From UHGV virus genome UHGV-1373625: 64,000 nt of DNA, one strand, 5' to 3'. The translations under genes and the position numbers were made by a program. The notes beneath the pieces are model-generated. The model had not been told where the DNA came from. It did no database searches and saw nothing but the letters and a program-made list of their open reading frames with translations. Source of the stretch: a virus. Below are positions 16,712 through 27,549 of the stretch, piece by piece (the first letter of the stretch is position 1; each line of letters begins with the position of its first letter).

Positions 16712-17227
16712 TTAAACAAGATCATTCAGATAGTCTTCGGTGGTCAGGATGACGTTCTTTAATTGATTTTTCTTGTAATCTTGCAGAGCTACGTATGCTA
16801 GGAGCAGAGCATCGGAACGGTTATGGTGCTTCTTTAGATTCAGAGGTGCGTCGGGGAACATCTCTCGGGCCATCGGGAGCGACGGTTTGTCCTTCTTGTC
16901 CAATTTGATGAGGCCAAGCTCGCGTTGCCAGTATTGAGGAGGGACAAGAGAATACGGAATTTCGAGCGTTCGCAGGATTCCTTGCCAAGTTCCAAAATTC
17001 TCTCCGAAAGAAAACGTGGAAACTACTCCCTGCTTCGGCATGGCATGGACTTTCTCAATGTAGGCGTGATTGACATGTTTATTGAACTTGCGAAGAAATG
17101 AGATTGGGTGATTCGTAAAATCGCAGATCGAACAAAATGATCCATCATCAGAGATTATAGCTACGGCACCAGTTTTTCCGGGGTCGATGCCAATGAAATA
17201 CGGTTTATTGAATTTTGATTTATCCAT
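16712..17227 (-). CDS. RuvC-like Holliday junction resolvase
   Basis: YFIGIDPGKTGAVAII is the RuvC/YqgF-type catalytic N-terminus; start at MDKSKF with AGGAG RBS. Confidence 0.65.
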   Translation of the reverse strand: MDKSKFNKPYFIGIDPGKTGAVAIISDDGSFCSICDFTNHPISFLRKFNKHVNHAYIEKVHAMPKQGVVSTFSFGENFGTWQGILRTLEIPYSLVPPQYWQRELGLIKLDKKDKPSLPMAREMFPDAPLNLKKHHNRSDALLLAYVALQDYKKNQLKNVILTTEDYLNDLV

Positions 17228-17289
17228 CGAATATTTACTCCTGTGTAACATTTTATACTGTGTAGGTTTTTTGATTATCCGATGTGTGT

Positions 17290-18470
17290 AGCAGAAGAGT
17301 CGAAGGAAGTCAAGGATGGAGTGTGATTGAAGGTGTGTGTGTGGGATCAGTTGGGGCCTGTGATCATTATGTGGTGTGATCAGAACGAAGGTTATAAACT
17401 CTTGAAATTTTTATTTAAAAAAATTCAACTGATCACAACTGATCACATTTTTCGGAAAAAGATAAACCATATTAATAAGTTGCAATTTTGTGATCAGTTG
17501 GCACAGCTCAGGGGTGTCCCAAAGTTTCTTTATATGTGATCTATGGGGGAGGGGTATAGTGTTGCATATATGCAACATGGAAAGAGAGGAACATTTTTTC
17601 TTACATAGACTTTCTATTTATACTGATCACATGATCACAAAATAAAAATATAGATATAAGTAATTGAAATAATAAAATAAAAAATGTGATCAGTTTGTGA
17701 TCAGTTAAACCGTTTGTGATCACTTCAACCGATCACACTTCTGTTAAAATCCCATTTTTTGAAGCTTCCCTCCCAATCTGTGGGAAAGCTAAAAACTTAA
17801 AGTGTAACTCTAAGAATTTCTTTGTAGTTGAAATAACTAGACTTTTTATTTAAGGTTTAACTTGTAAAGTTTCCGTTTAAAACTCTTTTAAAAGCCGGAA
17901 TTTATTATCGACCGATTTAATTGACATTTTTATTTTGGGTTTCTTTTAGTTTTAATTCGGAAAGTTTTCTGTCTAAAAGAAACTTTAAGAAAGATTATAA
18001 GCTCCGAATGTCCCATTTTGGGCATTATGTAAACTTTTGGAGTTCCATTTTCTTTTCTTTTCCGTTTAAAACTCTTTTAAAGGCCGAAATTTCTTTGTAG
18101 TTGAAATAACTCAATTTTTTATTTTGGGTTTATTTTGTAAACTTTACGGTTTAAAACTCTTTTAATTTCTTTTAAAAGCCTAAATTTCTTATCGACCGAT
18201 TTAATTGACTTTTTTATTTTCCAATTTAAACTCTTTTAACTCAGAAAGTTTCCGAATTAAAACTAAAAGAAACCAAAAATAAAAATGTCAATTATTTCCG
18301 AGAGAAAGAAATTCCGGCTTTTAAAAGAGTTTTAAACGGAAACTTTCTGAGTTAAAAGGAATTGGATCACCTTTTAAACGGATCAAAAGACGAAAAGAAG
18401 ATCCGAATCTCCTTTGCCGATCTGTCGGGCTCCGAGATTCGGATCTTCTTTTCGTCCGAGTTTCTGTTTT
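17290..18470. repeat. Origin-like non-coding region: at least 13 TGTGATCA(G) GATC-containing iterons, an 18-bp palindrome TGTTGCATATATGCAACA, about 100-bp inverted repeats, AT-rich direct repeats and a terminal hairpin
   Basis: About 1.2 kb without credible ORFs; iterons at 17343-17740; inverted repeats at about 17870-17990 and 18243-18342; 22-bp hairpin at 18385-18460 with T-tract acting as terminator for the primase gene. Confidence 0.6.
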
Positions 18471-18479
18471 AGGTTTGGA

Positions 18480-21069
18480 TTAATCCATATTCAATTCTTC
18501 AAATTCAGTTTTTGGGATATTAAGATACTCGCAGAATAATTCGACGCATTTTTCTTTGGAGGGAAAATCCCAGACTCTCATCCTATCAGTCCTGTCCGAA
18601 ACGGTGATAACTTTTCGGTGGGAATCATCCAGACTAAAGATTCTCTTTGTTTCAATCCTGAATTTTTTAAGAGACACAATGTTGTAAGAGCTTGCGCGAG
18701 TCCTAACCATCTTCTGTGTGAACTTATCATGAGCATCAGTCATCGACAAGTAAGTGGGCCAGTTTCTATTTTCTGAATTTTCAAATAGCTTCGAGGTTCT
18801 TTCATCTTCAATTTCTGCCCGAGGATATACTCCATCAGAAATGACATCATACCACCATTGCTGTACGCTATTCAAAGAAAGGAGTTTCTGTTCCATGAGA
18901 GCCTTCGTTTGGGGAGCCTCTCGGATATTCACTCCGCTAAAGTCATAATGTTTCAGATAGACATAAAGGGCTTCGTCACCGCCATTTTTAAATTCCTCAT
19001 TAAGATCTTTGAAGTATCCTTGAGTGTCCTGCTTATGCTTTGAGGACACATCCAGAACAAAGAATCTGCGGGCGTCCTTACCTGCGGGGATAACCCAGTC
19101 CTCGTTAGAAGACATGATGAACCGGGAACAGGAATGCACAGAGTATGATTCGAAGCCTTTCCTTTCGATCACCTGAGTACGCTCCGTGATCTGTGACTTG
19201 AGAATGCTTTCGTCCTGTTTGCTTCCGGCCCAGACAGCTTCGTCGAGATAGATAAGGACTTTCCCTTCGGTGGCTCCGTTGAAGTTAGAGAAGTAATGCT
19301 GCCTATTCGCTACGGAGAGGCCGTGCTTGCCCAACATACTCATGAACGGAGAGACGAAAGAACCTTTACCAGTACCTTCCTCGCCACGAAGCACAACGGC
19401 TACGCCGGGCTTATCCTCCGGCTTTTGAATCATGTGCGCAAGCCAAGCCCACATATACCGTTGGTGATCTTCATTACCATCACAGATTACTTCATTGACG
19501 TGGCTCCTAAACAACTTGCAGCGTTCAGTGGCCTCGGCAATTCCCATCTCCGAGTTTGCATATTTAAACCCGCGCCAGAGATTGTAGTACCCCTTGGGAG
19601 CCCCCTGCGGAGCAAATTCCACCCCACGATATTGACGGCGGTTCTTGCTTTCCATCCATGCTTTGAAGAGGGGTTTTTGCTTCACGTTCCCTTTTGCATC
19701 AAGAAACTCGAATGCGGGAAGGTTTGCGGAGAACTCTTCGGCGGCCCTAGGAGTAAGGAATTTGGATTCCCCGTCAGGATCTTCGTAAATGATTGCCGAT
19801 TTCCCTCCGATAAAAGTAAAAGCGAAAAGACCATTCATTTTCTTGATCAGAGGATGCACGTAGTCCTGATCGGAATCTTCTTCCTTTTCGGCATTTTTAA
19901 CAATATCGGATGAGGAATCCTCCGAATTTCCGAAAGGATTATCCTCTACACTGGTCGGGGATTCCTTGTTCTCGGTTTTAGGGTCTTCTGTTCCATAGTC
20001 TTTCATAATCATCTCAAACATGCGTTCGGCATAGATTGGGCAGCTTCCACAGACCCTCGAACGCTCTTTACCCAGAATTGTGATCATCGCTCCGCAGCCA
20101 AAATCGCATGGGGATTTTTCATCAGTATCCCACACGCTTTCAAGATGGTGCGTCCTGTCCATAGCTGACGTGTATCCTTGAGACTCTTCAAAATTTTCAA
20201 GGAAGTCGACTACGAGAGGGTGGTTAATGGCTTCCGACTTTGTAAATCCCGCCGACCTGAGCGCGGGGACAATGGCAGAGAAGCACATCTGATTGAACGA
20301 ATAATCTCCAGCTTTCTTTGTAAGTCCAAGAATCGCCTTTAGGCAAGGAACGATTTCCTTGTCCTTAATATTAAGCGGGGCTTGCTTCCTTTCCGAGCGG
20401 GCTTTGATGGCTCCTACGACATTCGCTTCACATCTACGGAAAAGATCGCTCAGATAATCAATTCTAGCGGGTTTCTTCGCTTGTTCGTCAGGTTGAGGCG
20501 ATAGGGCTTTACTCTGGAAATACTCAATAGTATTATTGATAAGCTCATCCGCGCTAATACGGATTTTGTATCTGCCATTGGAACGAAGCCTATTCGCAAT
20601 TCGGAACATCTTTCCACGTTTCATAGCGAACATGGAATAGTCGAGAGTCTTATAGCCTTCCTCGCTAGGGAAAAGTTCAAGGCACACTTCTTTGTAAATC
20701 CAAGGAAGAACGCGATGTCCATTTTCCGCGCCAAAAGCCTCCGCAGGAACGACGATATGAAAACCCTTCTGTCCCGAATAATATATTCTAAGAGACTCCG
20801 AATCTAGTCCCAAGAGAACCAATTTATTCAAAGCATTTACTGTATCAATGCGGCTCTCCTCAGCATCTTTTGAATCGAAATCGAGAGTCAAATCCCCATA
20901 TCGTACTACAGCCAAATTAAGGATATCCTTATTTTCATCCTTATAATTGGGCTCCGTTTCAAAAGACATTGACGTAGAGAACATGGCGATATTCGGCACT
21001 TTGTCGATTTTACAAATCTTCCAAGCGCTTTCCCTTTCTTCAACTTTCCAATATACAAAGCGTTGCATA
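18480..21069 (-). CDS. Bifunctional primase-polymerase (PrimPol/AEP) fused to a D5/P4-type SF3 helicase
   Basis: N-terminal YYSGQKGFHIVVP is AEP motif; C-terminal VVLRGEEGTGKGSF Walker A and the downstream region are typical of P4/D5 primase-helicase; start at MQRF with gagggg RBS. Confidence 0.75.
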
Positions 21070-21095
21070 TATACCACCCCTCATCTTCTTATTTT

Positions 21096-22322
21096 CTATT
21101 TATTTCTAGGCTTTACGATATGCACTTTTTCTTTCGCCCGAGTAATCGACGTATACATCCAGTGCTTTCGGTTTTGAATATCGCTTTTTCTCATTTCGTC
21201 ATCGAAGATAATAACGTAAGGCCACTCGCTGCCTTGAGAGGCATGGGCGGTGATAGCATATGCAAAGTCGACGACGATAGACCCCCACTTCGGCTTATTG
21301 TTTTCCGGAAGCTCAAAAGCCGCCCGAAGAAGGGAGTCATTCACTTTTATAGTATGGTGCGTGTCTCCATCTTCCTTATAGTCAAAATATAGCGTAATTT
21401 TATTTTGACTTTTACAAGATCCTACGACACTTCCGATATCTCCATTGACCAATATCAGCTTATTATATCTTTTGGAAACCGATTCCCGGATATTCTGCTT
21501 GACGATTATTTTATCGCCAACAACCGGAAATACTTGATTTTTTTCTTCCCGAAGCCAACGGTTGAGCTTCATCCGAGTAGAGTTCTGGCCCGTAATGACC
21601 TGATCCGCGATAGCATACTCTTCTTTAGGCAACCCATAGGAAAATCCTATTCCTTCGTTTTTCCAATATTCCCATCCTTTGAAGCCTCCCATACGAATTT
21701 CAGTGGCTAGGCGAGTAATTGGAGATTCCAATGCGGCACGGTGTACCTCCGACAGGAACGCATCGAAATCCGAGGGATTGGAAGGAAGGACTTGAGCGGA
21801 TTTTACAGGTTGCAGTTGGAAAGGGTCCCCAACAAGAATGAGTTTCTTGCAGATCTGTTTTAGGGCTTTAAACTCTTTATACCCCAACATGGAGGATTCG
21901 TCAATGACAACAACCCTCGAAAAGAGTTCCGGGCACGGAGAATATGTGAACTCTATGCCTAAATTATTTTTTGCCTCCAGCAAATACGTGTATCTTACAA
22001 TGTCTTGGTCTTCACCGGACTCATCAGCTATTTTTCTTGCTTCCTCCAGTTCTTCATCGCTGATTTCTCTAACGGAATAGAGCGCAGAATGCACCGTCTT
22101 TATGAGCGTCCCCGCTGGCATTTTTCGAGAAAGTACTTGACAGGCTTTCCCCGTAGGAGCGAGCATGATCAATTCATCTTTATAGTATTCCGCCAAGGCG
22201 TAAAGCAGCGTAGTTTTGCCTGTACCCGCACAGCCCCCTAGCATAAAGGGCTCCCAATCCTTTTTATGCCGAATGATTTTTTCAATTGCCTCATTTTGAT
22301 GAGGAGTTAGGATGACTCCCAT
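21096..22322 (-). CDS. SF1 DNA helicase, Dda/RecD/Pif1-like
   Basis: GGCAGTGKTT Walker A, VVVIDESSM Walker B, LILVGDPFQLQPV motif; aaaggagg RBS. Confidence 0.75.
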   Translation of the reverse strand: MGVILTPHQNEAIEKIIRHKKDWEPFMLGGCAGTGKTTLLYALAEYYKDELIMLAPTGKACQVLSRKMPAGTLIKTVHSALYSVREISDEELEEARKIADESGEDQDIVRYTYLLEAKNNLGIEFTYSPCPELFSRVVVIDESSMLGYKEFKALKQICKKLILVGDPFQLQPVKSAQVLPSNPSDFDAFLSEVHRAALESPITRLATEIRMGGFKGWEYWKNEGIGFSYGLPKEEYAIADQVITGQNSTRMKLNRWLREEKNQVFPVVGDKIIVKQNIRESVSKRYNKLILVNGDIGSVVGSCKSQNKITLYFDYKEDGDTHHTIKVNDSLLRAAFELPENNKPKWGSIVVDFAYAITAHASQGSEWPYVIIFDDEMRKSDIQNRKHWMYTSITRAKEKVHIVKPRNK

Positions 22323-22442
22323 GTATAAAACCTCCTTTGAAAAAAAAATACTTTGAAAAACATCCTATTTAAAACACACAAAATCCGAAATACCCAAGAA
22401 TGATAGATCGGATTTTGTGGGGAGTCAATAGAAAAAATTGAG

Positions 22443-22673
22443 TTATTCTTCGATATTAAGTTTTTTCTTTACAGTAAGAAGTACTGAACAGGCTTCATTA
22501 ATCCATATTTTAAGATTATCGAGATCTTGACGTATTTTTTGATTTTCCGTAAAAGCAGAATTGAGGGCAACTTCTTTACTTTTAAGTTTTGCTTCCAATG
22601 CTGAATTAGTACGTTTGAGGTCTTCGATTTCTTTATACAAAACCTGTGTTTCCTTAGATTTAAACCAATACAT
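22443..22673 (-). CDS. Small coiled-coil protein
   Basis: 76 aa, heptad-rich. Confidence 0.4.
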   Translation of the reverse strand: MYWFKSKETQVLYKEIEDLKRTNSALEAKLKSKEVALNSAFTENQKIRQDLDNLKIWINEACSVLLTVKKKLNIEE

Positions 22674-22691
22674 AATTAAACTCCTGTTTTG

Positions 22692-23381
22692 TTAAAATGG
22701 AAGAAGCTCGAATTTGATCAACCTGAGCCCTTCTTCCGTAATTCCGATTTGGTTATGAACTTTGTCTGTTGAATATACCTTAAAGTATTCCTCTCCCGCC
22801 TTATTTACCTCACACAGCCTTTTATGGATGAATCCTTTTGCCTTCGCCCAATTTGTAATTTCTCCGCGTTTCAATCCAAGTGATTTTGTAACGTCCGTGA
22901 TGGACAGGCAGCCTTTCTTTTCAATTCGTTCCTCGGCTACCATGACCATCGGCTTTTGTTGTTCGACTGTTTCCAGAGCTTTCATCTTTTCTTCTTCGGA
23001 AGCCACAAGAGCCTTGAGAGCATCCAGATAGTTTGAGGGAAGCGCGACAGCATTTTTGATTTGTTCTTCCATTTCATTGAAGCGAGCGATGTAGGCTTCT
23101 TTTATTTTCATAGCTTCTGGAGTATTATACCCCATAACTACCATCATGAATCCGTCTTTGGAAAGAACGTACATGGGAAGCTTGCGTCCTGTGGAATCCC
23201 CATATTCACTCAGCGCAAAGTTGCGCTCAGTAAATTCCAGTGAACATTTTTCAATAATTACGCGGATATCCCTCAAAACGTCTTTGTGGTTTTTGCAAAA
23301 ACTATCCGCAATCTGCAATGAAGTCACAGCAGGTACTTCTTTGCCACCGACACAAAAATTCCTAATAGCAATCTGATTCAT
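22692..23381 (-). CDS. Rha-family regulatory protein with a KilA-C-type antirepressor C-terminus (third paralog)
   Basis: VTSLQIADSFCKNHKDVLRDIR; C-terminal QQKPMVMVAEERIEKKGC..KVYSTD. Confidence 0.7.
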   Translation of the reverse strand: MNQIAIRNFCVGGKEVPAVTSLQIADSFCKNHKDVLRDIRVIIEKCSLEFTERNFALSEYGDSTGRKLPMYVLSKDGFMMVVMGYNTPEAMKIKEAYIARFNEMEEQIKNAVALPSNYLDALKALVASEEEKMKALETVEQQKPMVMVAEERIEKKGCLSITDVTKSLGLKRGEITNWAKAKGFIHKRLCEVNKAGEEYFKVYSTDKVHNQIGITEEGLRLIKFELLPF

Positions 23382-23402
23382 AATTTCTCTCTCCCGATTT
23401 TT

Positions 23403-23621
23403 TTATTTTATAAGATACAGTGCGATTTGCCCCGCCTGATAGGGGATAAAAAAGCAAGTGCAAACCATAATGTAAAATACAATATTTTTTGTTTCCTCAG
23501 TGTCATATTCTTCATCATATGCAAGATGAAAAGAAAGCGCATGAATGAGAAATCCCCAAATCACCGCCGAGCATATGAACAATATGTCGAAGAACCATTT
23601 TGTGGAAAACATAAATTCCAT
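23403..23621 (-). CDS. Small hydrophobic membrane protein
   Basis: 72 aa with two predicted TM helices. Confidence 0.4.
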   Translation of the reverse strand: MEFMFSTKWFFDILFICSAVIWGFLIHALSFHLAYDEEYDTEETKNIVFYIMVCTCFFIPYQAGQIALYLIK

Positions 23622-23638
23622 AATACTACCTTTGCTTA

Positions 23639-24184
23639 TTAGATTTCATTTCCCCAACAATCCCAACCATTGTATTCCTGTCTAGCGAACAACTCTATTT
23701 TCCTACAATCCGGGCCGACAAGCTGTTCTATCCTGTGGCGGGCTTCATCTGGTTTTTTAGAGTGTTTCTCAATTTCAGACATTATGACTTGATGTACTCC
23801 AGCGCAATTCCGAGCCATCTTGCCTTTCACTCCTATAAAGCAAGGCTCCGAATTTCCGCGAGTCCAATTGCCCAATCCGAAGAAAGGTTTTTTATTAATG
23901 CGATTCAGCTTAATCCACTGAAAACCGATTGTCTTATATTTGAATCCCCATTTTTCCATCAACCAAAGACCTTCCTTGATTAATGGATATGTCATCCACA
24001 TGAAAAGAACACAGTTGTCTTTACTAATGGATTCTACGGGAAGCTCCCCAATATCTTTTATGTTCATAGTAGAATAGTGTTTTTCCGCCGAGCCATTAAG
24101 ACCTTTATTGGAATAGCTCCAAGGCGGGTCTGCGTAAATGACATCGTATTTTTCAAGGCAATGCCGCAGGTCTTTTATAATCAT
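23639..24184 (-). CDS. MT-A70-family N6-adenine DNA methyltransferase
   Basis: VIYADPPW (DPPW catalytic motif) near the N-terminus. Confidence 0.75.
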   Translation of the reverse strand: MIIKDLRHCLEKYDVIYADPPWSYSNKGLNGSAEKHYSTMNIKDIGELPVESISKDNCVLFMWMTYPLIKEGLWLMEKWGFKYKTIGFQWIKLNRINKKPFFGLGNWTRGNSEPCFIGVKGKMARNCAGVHQVIMSEIEKHSKKPDEARHRIEQLVGPDCRKIELFARQEYNGWDCWGNEI

Positions 24185-24208
24185 GAAGTGTCCTTTGTTT
24201 TTAGAGCA

Positions 24209-24571
24209 TTAATCGTAACTTCTATGTGGCCCTAAAAATTCAAAATCAGTAAGGTCGCTCAAATCGATTTTAGCGTTTCCGTTTACAAAAAAATTCCCCA
24301 GTGACGAAAAATATAAAATGCAATTATTACATGAGCCTTTTTCTCTTATAGAATAATATCCACTTACTTTTGGAATTTCAGAAAACCATTGCAGTCTTCT
24401 AGGCAAATTATTCCAATAAAGAGTCGCTTTTTCTTCTGTTAAAGCGACTGGCCCTTGACAACCGCAGGGTATACATACAACAGCGTATTTACCGAACTTG
24501 TCTTTGATTATTGTAATGTCGTTGCCGTTTTTTCCGCAGAAAGGACATTGTAAAGTAGGTAGTGAACTCAT
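24209..24571 (-). CDS. Lar-family-like zinc-ribbon protein
   Basis: LQCPFCGKNGNDITII...VVCIPCGCQGP...EEKATLYWN. Confidence 0.5.
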   Translation of the reverse strand: MSSLPTLQCPFCGKNGNDITIIKDKFGKYAVVCIPCGCQGPVALTEEKATLYWNNLPRRLQWFSEIPKVSGYYSIREKGSCNNCILYFSSLGNFFVNGNAKIDLSDLTDFEFLGPHRSYD

Positions 24572-24589
24572 TTGTTTCTCGATATCCTA

Positions 24590-24907
24590 TTAAAGTGTTT
24601 CAAATTCAATTTCGGAATCATCGGTATTTTCAGTATCCTCAACGAAAGGCTCATATTCCCTACAAACAGAGCACACCTCGCCAGAAGTGATAGGCGCGAT
24701 TACTTCATCTTCATTTTCAGGATTTTTGTAAACAAATCTTACGCATCGTACAACAAGCCTATTTTCATTTTCAGGGATATCCACATAGGCGCACTTACAC
24801 GTTCCAATTTTTGAATCCATTTTTAAGAGCCTCCTCTTCCCATTCTTTTTCGAGTTTTTCTTTATTAGGTACAGGGATGATAAAAACACAAATGATGACC
24901 GTAGCAA
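24590..24907 (-). CDS. hypothetical protein with an N-terminal TM helix and C-terminal Cys pairs
   Basis: 105 aa. Confidence 0.45.
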   Translation of the reverse strand: MLRSSFVFLSSLYLIKKNSKKNGKRRLLKMDSKIGTCKCAYVDIPENENRLVVRCVRFVYKNPENEDEVIAPITSGEVCSVCREYEPFVEDTENTDDSEIEFETL

Positions 24908-24961
24908 AAGAAATCAGGCCACCATACAAAAGTGTCATAATAGTTTCCATCTATAGTCTCC

Positions 24962-25288
24962 TTACATTTTTTTGAACATGGCTTTCAGTTTTTCTACAGT
25001 AGAAAGGTACGGATTTTCTTCATTATCAACCTGAATGCTTTCTTCTTCCGGGGTAAGCTCCTCAAGAAGAGATCTTAACTCCGAGCGAATAAGCTTTTCG
25101 CAATTTCGCATTGCGGTCCCTTTAGTTGCGAGCCCTGAGATTGAATAAAACGTTCTACCAAATGCGGTAAACCCCCAACCACCCGTACTGACCTTAAAAA
25201 CCATTGCGTCGATTTTTATACTACTTTTCGTGTAAAGATAATATTTTTCCTGCTCACACGTAGATACGTCAATCCAACGATAATCCAT
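24962..25288 (-). CDS. hypothetical protein
   Basis: 108 aa. Confidence 0.45.
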   Translation of the reverse strand: MDYRWIDVSTCEQEKYYLYTKSSIKIDAMVFKVSTGGWGFTAFGRTFYSISGLATKGTAMRNCEKLIRSELRSLLEELTPEEESIQVDNEENPYLSTVEKLKAMFKKM

Positions 25289-25408
25289 AATTCATCCTCC
25301 TCAATTTTTTCCCATACTATTTCACGAAGAAGTTTTTGTCAAGGGAAAAGTCTTGAATTTTTTGATTGGATAGGTTACTTTAAAAAAATCACAGATTTGG
25401 AGGGAATT

Positions 25409-27010
25409 ATGAGGTTGAGATATAACGGAAAACTTTTTCAAATACGGGCACATACACAGGAAGAACGAAGCGCATTTAGCAAAATGAAACACGTAACATA
25501 TAATAAGGAAGAAGACTGGTTCGAGACAAAGCTATTCAGGGTTGCGAAGGAATTTATAGAAGTTTCACATGATTACAGAACCAGAAGCATCCTTGAGAGC
25601 TTTTCAGAAAAATGGAATCTCTCTTGGGCAACGGCTCCGACGAAAGGATTTTCCGTGCCAGCTAATGAAGGTTTGCACTATTTAGAGTATCAATTGGCTG
25701 GCATAGAGTACATGATGAGGAACCCCAGAGTCTTACTTGCTGACGAACCGGGAACTGGTAAAACCATTCAGATTGCTGGATACTTGAATTGTCTCCCTGA
25801 AATTAGGAAGGTCCTGATCATATGTCCATCATCCCTCCGGTTGAATTGGAAACGGGAATTGGATAAGTGGCTTGTCGATAAGTCCCGGAAAGTAACCTTG
25901 GACCCTAAAGATGATGAAGCTTTTGCGCATATCGTAAGCTTTTCGAGTGTATGGAGGCCGAACGTATTTCCTTTTCTCGACAAGAGAAAATATGATGTTG
26001 TGGCTATTGACGAAGCCCATAACTGCAAGAATGACGAAGCGAAAAGGACTATTCAGTCGCTTCATCTTGCAAAAAAAGCATTTCGGAAAGTCTTGATGAC
26101 TGGAACTCCTTTGGTGAATAGGCCCATAGAATTATTCCCGCTTCTGAACTGTCTTGACGAAAAAAGATGGCCTAATAAATTCGCGTTTGCATTCGAGTAT
26201 TGTTCCGCACATTATGAAGATATATACATATATGATAAGCAAAAAGGACGTGCGGTAAAAAAATCCGTACTCAATATGAGTGGAGCTAGCAATCTTCCAT
26301 CCTTATCTGAGAAGCTCCGTGGGTCAATGATGATCCGAAGGTTGAAATCAGATGTACTTCCGCAGCTCCCCAAGAAAAGAAGACAGCTTATTGAAATACC
26401 TTTGGAAACAAAAGATTGTAAGGCCGCTATCAAGGAAGAAGCCAAACGGTGGGCCGAATTATGTGATCTTTATGGATACGAAGAATGCGTGCGTCAGATG
26501 GAATTTGGCGACGGAGTTGCGTTTACCGAGATGGCTGCGAAGCGTAAAGAAGTCGCGTTGAGTAAAATCCCATTTTGTGTAGAATATTTAAAAGATTTGC
26601 TTGAGGGGGTTGACAAAGTCGTCGTTTTCGCGCATCATAGGGCCGTTGTTGATTTACTAACCGACGAGCTTAAAGAGTACAATCCCGTAAAAGTTGTAGG
26701 AGGAATGTCGGACAAACAAAAGCAGGAAAGTGTTGATTCATTTCAAGAAAATGAAAATGTGCATCTTTTTATCGGAAATATCCAAGCTGCTGGTGTCGGA
26801 TACACCTTGACAAAAAGTTCAATAGTGGTATTTGTAGAATTGGCATTTGTGCCCGGACTTATGAGTCAAGCTGAGGATCGTTGTGTACGAATCGGGGCTA
26901 CAGCGGATTATGTGCTTGTTCAGCATTTGGTCCTAGAAAAATCCCTTGACAAAGACCTTTGTTCCATGCTTATTTATAAACAGGAAATTGCAGATAAAAT
27001 TTTAAATTAA
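25409..27010 (+). CDS. SNF2/RAD54-family helicase
   Basis: LLADEPGTGKTIQ (motif I), DEAHNCKN (DEAH box), C-terminal helicase motifs QAEDRCVRIG; ATG at 25409 preferred over the TTG at 25397. Confidence 0.75.
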   Translation: MRLRYNGKLFQIRAHTQEERSAFSKMKHVTYNKEEDWFETKLFRVAKEFIEVSHDYRTRSILESFSEKWNLSWATAPTKGFSVPANEGLHYLEYQLAGIEYMMRNPRVLLADEPGTGKTIQIAGYLNCLPEIRKVLIICPSSLRLNWKRELDKWLVDKSRKVTLDPKDDEAFAHIVSFSSVWRPNVFPFLDKRKYDVVAIDEAHNCKNDEAKRTIQSLHLAKKAFRKVLMTGTPLVNRPIELFPLLNCLDEKRWPNKFAFAFEYCSAHYEDIYIYDKQKGRAVKKSVLNMSGASNLPSLSEKLRGSMMIRRLKSDVLPQLPKKRRQLIEIPLETKDCKAAIKEEAKRWAELCDLYGYEECVRQMEFGDGVAFTEMAAKRKEVALSKIPFCVEYLKDLLEGVDKVVVFAHHRAVVDLLTDELKEYNPVKVVGGMSDKQKQESVDSFQENENVHLFIGNIQAAGVGYTLTKSSIVVFVELAFVPGLMSQAEDRCVRIGATADYVLVQHLVLEKSLDKDLCSMLIYKQEIADKILN

Positions 27011-27020
27011 ATCAGGAGTT

Positions 27021-27521
27021 ATGATTATGAATTTTAGTAATATTCAGAGTATGGTGGAAATGAGTAATCTCCGGAAAGTATTGATTGCTTTTCTTGAGAA
27101 AGACCCCGATTTTCTCGAATATGTTCCAGTTAAGGTTCGTAGGGATGGAAGCAAGGACTTTCTTGATGGTAAGAATCCTAATGAAAGTCATCGACTTCCG
27201 GCTTTGAAAGAACTGGTTGAACTTCTCAGAGAAAACAAAAAGACCGAGTATAATCGATTGATTGAAGTCGGAGCGAAATACGTTGGTATTTCTTATAAAA
27301 ACGGAGGAATCACTTTTAAGAATGAGGAAGAACTTTCCTTTGCCGATTTCGATAAATTGGCTATCATCGGGGCTCAGATTGAAAAGTTTTTTATTCCGGA
27401 AATGAATAGCTTTTTTACAAAAATAAGCGAAGACGAAAAACAGCTTTTGATTTTTACACTCAAGAGCATGGATGGCGAAGAGTTTAATAGCCTTGTTTTT
27501 GACGCTATTAATCATAAGTAA
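27021..27521 (+). CDS. hypothetical protein
   Basis: 166 aa, aggag RBS. Confidence 0.5.
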   Translation: MIMNFSNIQSMVEMSNLRKVLIAFLEKDPDFLEYVPVKVRRDGSKDFLDGKNPNESHRLPALKELVELLRENKKTEYNRLIEVGAKYVGISYKNGGITFKNEEELSFADFDKLAIIGAQIEKFFIPEMNSFFTKISEDEKQLLIFTLKSMDGEEFNSLVFDAINHK

Positions 27522-27549
27522 ATAAAAGACATAAAGGAGAGAGAACTTA

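Noticed and set aside
25397-25408. TTG start for the SNF2 helicase as given by the ORF track
   Set aside because: The ATG at 25409 is preceded by ggaggg; the TTG start would have no RBS.
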